NCBI GenBank assembly: GCA_009914755.4 | Contig: CP068257.2 | Span: forward strand, 25,408,001-25,472,000 | Source of the DNA: the human T2T-CHM13v2.0 reference genome, Homo sapiens | Direction: 5' to 3' | Length of the DNA stretch: 64,000 nt | In this document: positions 53,693-64,000 of the stretch, in pieces | Position numbering within the stretch: the stretch's first letter is position 1 | Layout of the letters: each line of letters starts with the position of its first letter | The notes under the pieces: generated by a model | Seen by the model: only the letters and a program-made list of their open reading frames with translations | The model's database searches: none | What the model was told of the DNA's origin: nothing | Position numbers and translations under genes: made by a program

Positions 53693-56600
53693 TAGATTAG
53701 CATGCTTTAGAAATTTACTTTTCTTTAAATAATATATAACTGGATATAAAACAAAGTGAAGATTTTACTAACATTAGGTTTGGTTAATCATACCTATAGT
53801 AACCCTCAAAGTAAAACACACACTCTATTGCCCTCCTTATCCCAGCATGATACTTACAAGAACAGAAAATAGTCCAATGCATGTTAACATTTGAAACTAA
53901 AACCTAAAAAAGAATGATAAATGATATAATACTCTTCCCACAATAGGAATTATATTTCTAATTTCTGAGATATCAAAAGAAGTAACATTTAAAAAAAAAG
54001 TTGTATATCCATCCCCTAACCTTCTCTTGATTTATGTTAGAGTTTACCTTAGAAACAAACCTAACTTTACCTTAGAAACAAATATAATTCACTGGCGATG
54101 TAGCCACTCTTGCCATGGCAACTACCATGTATGGCCAATTACTAAGATATGGCCCAGTGACTTTCAGGGACGTCTCTATACTGTACTCTGTTTACACCCA
54201 TTACAGCATTGAGCAATATCACCACAGTCTTAATTTTTAAGAATGGAAAATGAAAAGAACATTTACTGAAGAAATTGGAGGCCAGGTATGGATACTTTAG
54301 TCATTACATTTGTTTAGTGACTGTTGGCTGAATAACATACCAGGCAATGTAAACAGAGTATTTGCATTTCCCCCAAGTTTTCTCCAAGACTACCATAGAC
54401 ATGGAGCCTCAGAGTCATGCTAAATAAATATGGTTTAAAAAAGACTGACAATCAAGAATATCAAACATTAAAGAGAGCCTGATTAAGATATCTTGGGAAA
54501 TAAAAATGTTGGCAGCTGCTGGCAGTGATGTCTTTGTTACTATTTTCTAATTTCTTGCAAAGAAAGAGATGTCAATGTATCTGACAGATTCCTCTAGTTA
54601 CTACTCAGACTGGTGAAGACAAACTGCCAAAAACTGTGGGTTCTTTCACTCCAATTAATTCTCCCTTCTCCTATCTCCCTTGTTGGAATTCTATCAAGGC
54701 ACCATTTTGACCATTTTAAATTGAAGAGTCTGTCATCCACTTCTGTTACTTCTGAAGAATTTTGATTTCAAGTTCAAAACACAATTAAAATATTTACTAA
54801 GGTTAAACTAGTGTTTGAGTATCATGTGATATATATTTATTTGTTCTTGGAGTAAACATAACATTTATTTTTCCACAAACAACACTATTTTATAGATTTA
54901 TTATTTCAGAACATATGATCTGAAAAAAGATTTTAAATAACTTTTGATATAAAATGATATCTTCAAACTATTTTAATTATCAATTACTAAAATGGCTTAG
55001 GAGTTCATGATTAGAATGTATAAAGAAAATAAGGCAACTTCGAGCTTATACTACATTCTACTAAATGATAACAAACTTTTGGAATTACTATTTGTTCTAT
55101 ATCAGATAGAGTTTTACATGTTATAAAACAAAAAAAAGTTGATCAATTTTAAAACAATCTTTCTATTTATGGTTAAGTTATATCATGACAAATTCCTTCT
55201 AATGCAGAGCTTTCTGATTTTCTTAGAAAATATGTTCCAAGGTTTTAATGCCAAAACAGCAAGTAAATAATACTCCTTAAGCAGTCAACTGGCACACAAC
55301 TACCAATCCATCAAGAGTTACAGCAAAAGGAAGTAGAATAAGCCTTGGTATTTATAAAAGAAAGAGCAATCAACTCGGAGAGTAACTAGATCTGGCTCTT
55401 TCACTAATTGAAGCTGCAGAACAAGGACCAAGTCATTTGACACTAAAATTACCGCCCTCACAAATGCAACTCCAAGGTCACATCTCTATTTTTTTTTTCT
55501 TTAAGTTGAGGTCGGACAGGGTGGCAGAGACATTAGTACTTGTTCATTTTTAGTTTTCATTTATTGTGCATTTGAAGGTTATACTTCTCTGTCTCCTTTT
55601 AGTTAGGTGGAGCTGAAGTGATGTGTGTCACATCCAGGAAGAGCCATTTAATTGCTTATGTGAGACTCTAGCAATCTCTTGGAAATTGTAGAGGAAGATC
55701 ATGTTACAAGGGAGTTGCCACAAGATTGAAACATTCTTGATTTCTAGGTCACCAAATGGAAACAAGTTGTCCTGGATAGTCACTGCGATTCACAGTAAAC
55801 TTTCTATGAACAGGAAACAAACTGTAAATGGATTAAGTCACTCAGATTGTGTTCTGTTTTGCTACTACAGCATGATTTAGGTTATCCTGATGAATTCAGA
55901 TATTGGAACTAGAGTTAGTATGACACTATAAAAAAAATTTGAAACGTAAGGCACTGACTTAGTTGTTGGGCAATGTTCAGCTTCTAGGAATATGGCATGA
56001 GAGGCTATAAGTAAGACAAAGGACTGCATTAGTTACGGCACAGCAAGCACCATTGTTTTGGCTCTTTTTGTACCCCGAATTCAATGGAGGTAATGTGGAA
56101 AGGCCCAGGTGGATGGTGCATACGTGGTTGGTTTGTATCATACCCGAAGAACCCTAAGTTTAAGAAATCTGAACCTTCTCTGGGCTGCAAGTAATCTGTT
56201 TGAGCTTTGCCCCAGAGAGAGAGAGAGATTGTCTTTATTTTATTGGAAAGCAAACCAATCTACCTTCTGATCCGTAGGGAGATAATATATCCTCCAAAGC
56301 TGTTTGCATGCTAACATCCTTAAAAAATTTATCTGGAACAAAGCTAGCTGGTGCCTGTGCTCAGAAGACATGCAGAAATGTAAGAAACCCATGAGAATTG
56401 CCTCCCAACCCACTATTTCTGTTTCCTTGCTTAGTCTTTCCCAATGCATCTCAAATTCTACTTCTTCATGAATTTTTTTTCTGGACTCCACCAGTCAAGT
56501 ACATTTTTCTCCTTTTAACCTTGCTGTATTTTGTGTTTCTCTTTTAAGACACATATTAGTTTGCACTTTTTCACTGTTTATGTAGTTCTTTATCACCGAA

Positions 56601-57077
56601 TTCTGAGTATTGGAAGTTTCTGGATAGCAGATACTGTGTTTCATTCATCCTTACATCTCTTGTAGGAGATGATACATCTTTTACCTAACTCTTATCCTAT
56701 GTTTTAGAAACTGTTTTACTAACATAATATAGCATGGAATTCTTATGAATCAGATAAGCAACAGTCCTAAGGGAGATACGGTCAAGGCATCAGAATACAA
56801 CAAAAATACCTAAAATACCTTTTAAAGTATAATTTGCTATAGTCAAATGACATTCCTGAAATATTCAATAATGAGATATTTTTGGTAGAGTGCAACCTGA
56901 AGAAAATCTAGATAACTTTGTAATTATGTTATCTGTTATAACTAGTAGCATGAAAACATTTTTCTACCATTGCTGCTGCTACCACCAGCATTTACCTCGA
57001 TCACTTTTTGCTGCTACTACCATTAGTTTGTTGCTACAGCGGGTTTTCAAATTACATGTTTTAAACTTTGTTATTTT

Positions 57078-57249
57078 ATTTTGAGATGGAGTTTTGTTCT
57101 TAGCCACACCTGGCTAATTTTATATTTTTAGTAGAGGCGGCGTTTCACCATGTTGGCCAGGCTGGTCTCAAACTCCTGACATCAAATAATCTGCCCACCT
57201 TGGCCTCTCAAAGTGCTGGGATTACAGGTGTGAGCCACCGTGCCCAGCC
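57078..57249 (-). mobile_element. Internally deleted Alu (minus strand, ~170 bp) with a ~15-bp TSD CATGTTTT(T)AACTTT.
   Basis: ttttgagatggagttttgttcttagccacacctggctaattttatatttttagtagaggcggcgtttcaccatgttggccaggctggtctcaaactcctgacatcaaataatctgcccaccttggcctctcaaagtgctgggattacaggtgtgagccaccgtgcccagcc. The expected segment cccaggctggagtgc..cctcagcctcccgagtagctgggattacaggcgcccgccacca is missing. The flanks are catgttttaaacttt| and |acatgtttttaacttt. Confidence 0.85.
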
Positions 57250-60200
57250 ACATGTTTTTAACTTTAAAACAGTGCAAAAGTAATATGCATTTAGTAGAAA
57301 CCATACTTCGAATTTTGGATTTTGTTCTGTTTCCTGGCTAGCAATATATGGTACCATACCCTCTCATCATGCCGGCGAGCAGAGAAAGCTGCAGCTCCCA
57401 CTCAACCACGCAATCACAAGGGTAAACAACCGACACTTCTTACTTGATATCTTCCTTAAGAACACTGCACCTGCTAAACCATCAACAAGTGTTGATGCCC
57501 CAGTGCCTTCTATCAGCTATTCTCAAGCCTCATCAGAATAAAGAGAAATTGATGACCCTGTCACTTCAGTATTTCCATCATCCAGCAGTTAATTTTAGTT
57601 CAATGCTTTAAACATTCTTCACGCCTGGTGTGCTTTCAGTTGTGTATATTCACGGTGAGTACTCATACAACCATTCTGTTTTTCACTTTCAGTACAGTAT
57701 TCAACTAATTTAATGAGATATTCAACACCTTATTACAAAATAGGCTTTGTATGTAGATTTTGCCCAACTGCCGCCTATGTAAATGTTCTGATCACATTTA
57801 AAGGTAGGCTAGGCTAAGCTATAATGTTCTGTAGGTTACGTGTATTAAACATATTTTTGACTTACAATATTTTCAACTTGATGACAAGTTTATTGGGATG
57901 TAACACCATCGTAAGTAGATGAGCATCTGAATTCTATAGGGTGCTAGAAACTGTGCTATACACTTCATGATATTGTCTCTTTTATTATATTTTAGAATTT
58001 TATATAGGGATATATGGATTTTTATAATCCCAAAGGTCAGATGAAGAAACAGAGGCTACCAGAGTAACCTGCCCAAATTCACGTAGTAAATAAGTGATAG
58101 AGTTGAGATTCAATTTTTTTTTTTATTTAGTGCTTAAGGCTGAATTCTTAACTATTATCAAAGTGGCCTGTGTATGAGCTTATAAAGATTCACCAGTAAA
58201 TACAACATCAACCAAGGAGGAAGGATTCTCCCATATTGATTACATTTTAAAACAAGTATTTGATTCTGTTCAACAAATTGAAGTGCCCTATTCTATTCTT
58301 AGGTACTGAGAAAGGAACTGCCATATGACTACAGATGGTCTTCACTCTTTTGATTCTTTCAGTAGTGTTTGTAGAATACCAATTTATAAATCAACTGTAA
58401 AAACAAAGAGAAAAAGAAATCAGTCAGTGGCTCTTAGAACAAGTCACAATTTTGTGATAATAAAGTACAGGATATAGTGGGTAGATTTTCCCAAATGTCA
58501 ATCAATGTGGTGATAATTTTTAAGGATTTTAATAGTTGAACTTTAACATTCAAAATCAACATCAAAGTGATATCTTGATTGTTGCCTGTTGATCATGGGA
58601 AAGGATGGTGAAGAAGGTTATTAGAGAATATTTTTTGGTGAGTGCTATTGGGCATCTTAACTCTAGTGTTCTGATTTGTACAGTCATAACCATGGCATGC
58701 TAAACCAAGCTTTCTGGATTCATTGCCATTCACTGAACCATGATATATAGAGATAACATTTTTTAATGGAAGAAATTAGGTTCTGTCTCATGTCAAGGCA
58801 TGCTATTTAAATCTGGTGACTTTTGAAGTATGAGACAGGTTTTTTTTCATTGGCTTTGGCTTTGGTTGTTTTTTTCCTTTATGAGAGTCTCACACTGCCA
58901 AGTTTTGAATTTTGCATGTTCAGGTTATTGGGGATTTTGTTTTTCTGAGTGCACGAAGAGTTCAAGTTTCTTAAAATAGGGAAAATTATTGCTCCCATTC
59001 CCCTCCCACTTAAAACATGCTTATAGTTCAACACTATTTGGTTTAGGTTAAAACTAAAAATAAGTTCTTTCAAGTTATGACTAAACAAGACAAATTTCTG
59101 CTTAAAACTGCTTCTTAAAAAGTCCTATTTGAGTGTAAAGAAAGTGGATGAAGAATGACTTTTGCTTTTGAAATTTAACCCTAACAAAAAATATCCTTTT
59201 CTGGAAAATAACTGCAACCCCAAACTACCAGTGCTTTCTAGGTGTGTGAGCAACTGTTAATATTAAAACCTGATTTTTGTTATTGATTTACTAGCCTTAG
59301 TCAGCATATCTCATTTTTAATTTTTCAGTCTTCAAAGTAGAGAGTTGCTTGATTTGCACACATTCTGGAGAAAGTACATCACCAGAATACGTTGGTCAAA
59401 GAATAGGAAATTTCATTTAAACAGGAGAAATAGAGTCAAGAGATCCACATTTAATACAACATGATTTCTATAGTTAATAACAATGTATTTATTATATTCT
59501 TGAGAAGTGCTAAAAGTAGATTTGAAGTGTTCTCACCAGAAAAAAGAATAGGTGAGGGAATGCATATGTTAATTAACTCAATTTATCCATTCTGCAGTGT
59601 ATACCTCTCAAAATACTGTGTTGTACATGATAAATAAATACAAATGTTTTGGTAAACTTAAACAAATAAATGAGGGAAAAAAAAGAAAATATGTTATTCA
59701 CACTCTGAACATGAAAAGGTAGTTTGAAAATGCTTTCTCAGAAACACTGTCATACTTTAATAAGGCTGAGCTCATAAAAACATTGTGAGGAAGATCAATC
59801 ATTTTAGCTTCCTCTCAATTGTGCTTTTTAATGTTCCTTCTCTCCAAAGGTCTCTGCCGGCTGTTCCATTGCTATCCCAGGCCCTTCTTTTAGAAAGTCT
59901 TACTGAGATTTTTTTCTTCCTTAACAATGTTGCCTCTGGATATAGAATGTCTCCCAAGTTTTTCTTTGCATGATTCCCTTTCACCTACATCTCTTCACTT
60001 TCAACTTCCCCTCCAAAGAACCACTCAAATATAACTTTCTGATATTTTATTCACCATTCATTCACTCAGCACTTACCAATATATATTCAATGTCTACTCT
60101 GGGTTAGACACTACTGTAGGCATTGAGGATGTAGGAATATACGAGACGGTAGATCCCTGACTCAAATAAGTTTATATTCTTTATAAATAAGTAGCCAAAT

Positions 60201-63200
60201 AAAAATAAAAGAGATTCACTAATTGTGATGGTTGCCTTGAAGGAGGTAACCATGGAGATGATGGGGAGTTACTAGATTTGGTGGTGGGTGATGGAGGCAG
60301 TGTATTAGACAGGAAGGTCAGAGAAGGTCTCTCTCAGATATTATTCTGCTTAGATTTAAAAATCTGATAAAAACCAGTTGCATTTAAAGTCAGGGGTGAA
60401 CAAGGCTCAACCTGTTGCAAGAAATGTGTCCAGAGAATGGTCTACATGTGATCAAATTATATGAGATAGGATGAAAAAGTGGGGAGGATCCTACTTATAA
60501 AAATGTCTTAAAGCCATTGTAAGATGTTTGGATTTTGCCCTAAGAACGGTGATACGCTATTGCAAAATCAGTGGTTTGACAGTTCTAAAATAATGTTTTG
60601 ACCTAACAGTGTAAAGTCAGGTGTATTTCTTTGTTGACAATGCATTGTCTTGATCAAATTAGTGGTCCTACCATGAATGAAATTTCAGGCAACATGCAAA
60701 GCTATGTCTCACACTGAAGTTATAGTGAGTCTGTTAAAAATGTTTCTTTAAATCTCATTAAGTAGGCACGTGGTTATTTTGCCTAAATGGGGGGTGGTCC
60801 CTTGATAGTTTTTCCTCCCAAACACTATATTTTGAGAAACATTTAAGAAATCTGGAACATGCATTGACTTTTCGTCAGCGATATCTGTGACCTTGACATA
60901 GCCTGAAAATTTTATATTAGCTTCCAAAAATTTTAATTAATTCATTTAGAAAATTCGATTACTAAATACCATTCTCAGCATAATGCTGTATAGGTTAGTA
61001 TCAATCACATCACAGAAATGGTTGAGAATAGGGAAGTTCCTATCCTGAAGTAGTCTATACATAAATATTACTAAGAGCAAGTCTTATTAGAAGTAAGTGT
61101 TAAGCTATATTTTATGTTTCATGTTCATTATTGTTTTTGGAGTCTTTCTTTAAGCTCCAAGCAACATTATCATATATCTCATAGTATAAAATTGTTGTTT
61201 TAGTTGACCTTTCTGCAACCATTTCCCTAGTTCTTGCCCATTAATTTTGGTATAGATAAATATGATATATAGCTGGTGTAGATAAACAGGATACACAGGA
61301 GGTAGATGAAAGACCACTGGACCCAGGGCTGACTTCACAGATGTGCATCCAGGTCCTGTGTTCAGAAAGACCTCACTCTGCTGTCACCATCTTGAAAAGC
61401 TTATTTATTTTTCCCTTGAACCCATGTTTCTTCAGAGAGATTTGATTGGACAATGGATTGGACACTTCACATTTTATTTTCCACTGACCTCCAAAAATTA
61501 TGTCCTTTTAGAGCAATCACGTCATGCACAGGTTATTAAAGCCATCATTTCCTCTGTTTCTTTGTAATCACCAGACCATGCAACCACTGTAAATATCAGC
61601 TGGGCATCAACAGCTTTGAAAGTTTTGAGGAATGAAATAAGCTTCCACGGTGCATTCCAGGATGGTAAACTACAAATAAAATATATATATATTTTTTGTA
61701 AATTGTAATAAAACTTTCTTAAAACTGTAAATCTTTTACAAAACTGTTTTTGCTAAATTCTTATGCTGTTAGAACCAGCCTTTCAAACTAAGGGTCGGTA
61801 GGTCAAATTCAGCCCACAATTATGATTTGTTTGACCAACATAGAAGTTTACAAAATATGAATGTGAGTGCTTTTAAATGGGGCCTGACATTCCAGAGAGC
61901 CACTGGCCTAACCATTTAATTGTTTTTTACAAGATAATTTGTTTACCCTTCCTGGTCTTTCAGAGCATTTGAATTTGCAATTCTGAGCTCTAAAGTTTAA
62001 TGTCTAAAACAGTGGTTCCTAAATTTTAGCATACGTGTAAGTCACCTGGCTAGCTTGTTAAAACACATATTCCAAACTTCCTCCCTAGTATATCTGATAC
62101 AGAAGGGCTGGGGTAGAACTGGAAATTTCTAGCAAATTCCCAGGTGATGCTGGTATTGCTGGTCCAGGAACCACACTTTGAAAACCACTGATCTAAAACA
62201 GTAACTGCCATTCTTGCTATTTGCTATTAACTGCAATAAGCTTCATCTACTCAGTTATAAATGAGATTATCTAAATAAAACATACATTTTAATTAGTCAA
62301 GCTAGCTAAATAAAAAGTTTAGCTATGACAGCATACATTAACTGAAACAATTAGTGAGTCAGCCAAATTTTTCTCCCTTGAATAAAAAAGATCCTGCTAT
62401 TCACTAGTATTATTGCAATCCTATTTCAGTGTTCTCCACTTTTTTATGCACATGCTTTGCTTTTTCCAAAATTAGTAATACAGCCTTAAAATAACCCAGT
62501 TAAAAAAGTTGTAAAGTTGTCTCACCCTCAGTAAATATCAAAAGCAACGAGGTAATGGAACAAGATTGTTAAGGCTGTTGATGATTGATTCACATTGGAC
62601 AGGCTCTTATCCTACTGTCAAAAAGTGGTAAGTGCCCTAAGCCCAAGATGCCAATGTTTTCCTAGACATTTAAGAACTCAGGAATAATCATCAGATATAT
62701 GCAACTCTAAGCTGAAATAGAATACAGAGTTCAACCTGGAGTCATTTCCCTCCTCAATCACCTTTTTGAGACTTACAGTCTCAAGTCAGTCAAAGAGGAT
62801 TTCTCAGTAGTCATCATCAGTCATCAAACACTCACCTTTTAGAGGATATGTGATACTGCAAACTGGTGACTAAACTGGTTTTTCTCAATATAATGTGTCC
62901 TAAACTCCCTCTTTAGGTCTGCTTTCCATTTATTTAATAACTTTTCTTGGGTAATGGAATAGGAAATGACTTTAAGAGAAATTAACATCTTAATTTTCCC
63001 TTTTTTCATTTTTTTCTTTCTGCTTCTTTGTGTGAGGAGAAAAGGGTAATTATTAGCATGCTTTAATTTAAAGCACCAGTGGAATTTTCTCTAAATCTTG
63101 CCTTTAATGGGTTCATTAATTTTACTTATTTCTCTAACTATCATCAGGCTTAACTATAATTCATTTAGTTTTTATATTCAGATCATCCATTTTCTGTAAT

Positions 63201-64000
63201 AAAGGGAGATTGTGAGAATGTGAATAAATTAATTCCACAGTCCTATAATTATGTGCATAGCTTTTTAAACCACTAGGCTTCAAATCACTTGAGGATCTGT
63301 CTCATTTATCTTTGTCTCACACAATAGTGAACATAAAGTTGGTATTGTAGTAGACATTCAATAAATGTAGATCAAATTGAAATGACCCCCCCAACACACA
63401 CATAACTTTTTGCTTTCATTTCTTCTTTATTAAAGAAGGGTAATAATAATCTACATCTCGCGGGTTTCTCCAAGTGATTGTGTAAAACAATGTACTTAAA
63501 GCTCCATGCTAGGTAATAAATGAACATTCAATCTGGGTTTGCGTTTAATTATTAGTAGGCATTTTTACTACTTTCATGATTATTATTTGTATTAATGGTT
63601 CCAAACTCCCCTATGCTAAATGCTCTAATGAAGTTTATTTTCCTGAGCAAGTTAATTGAACTGGGCTACCTTGTATTTTTGTTTCTTCTGCTCAATGTTT
63701 TGTTAATTCTTTCATATTCCTGTAGTTCAATTAGTTTGATGTTGAATCTGACATCAATAAAACATTAATCTGTGGTAGATCCTGAAGACTTGGGAATATA
63801 AAATTATAAACTGTATATTTATTATATATATATATATAAACTACAATAGATCAAAAGTATACTTGAAAAACAGGACATTCCCTCTCTTTAACAGCTAATT
63901 CTAATCCCTATTGCATGTTTTACTAATACATGTCACCTCATTAAATTTCCTTTTCTCCGAAGATTTAGTCACAAAATCATGTCAGGACAAGAATTAGAAG

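Overview
This window looks like human (or great-ape) nuclear DNA, not a prokaryotic locus. Roughly half of it is recognisable transposable-element sequence, and I could not support any host protein-coding exon, tRNA/rRNA gene or operon-like system.

I looked for a novel biological system and did not find evidence of one. What the window contains is a set of known repeat classes, some with unusual local arrangements. The main items are:
(1) A fairly complete but inactivated ERVL-class endogenous retrovirus at about 2318-9515. It has LTR, gag, protease, RT, RNase H, integrase and a dUTPase after the integrase, then a second LTR. The 5' LTR carries a greatly expanded (TATATG)n microsatellite. At the LTR/internal junction there is an embedded LINE-1 ORF1 fragment plus an inverted/direct duplication of the LTR end. 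A third solo LTR of the same family sits at about 27.3 kb.
(2) Several LINE-1 copies on both strands. These include a 5 kb old L1 at 13.5-18.6 kb, a young L1PA 3' fragment with a long A-tail at 20.5-20.9 kb, and a roughly 77 bp L1 3' fragment with perfect 16 bp target-site duplications at 22.05 kb.
(3) Fifteen Alu copies (full-length, truncated or monomer), several with intact target-site duplications, including a tail-to-tail inverted pair at 35.1-35.7 kb.
(4) A MADE1 (Hsmar1-derived palindromic MITE) at 37141-37254, of the type that gave rise to the miR-548 family. Its loop is expanded by a (CAAA)n microsatellite.
(5) MIR fragments, a 24-bp AT-rich tandem repeat and several microsatellites.

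Every ORF longer than 100 aa in the supplied track lies inside a repeat (L1 ORF1/ORF2, ERV pol, Alu antisense, a compositionally biased run over the microsatellite) or lacks any coding signature. All coordinates are approximate (within about 5-20 bp) because they were read by eye without alignment tools.
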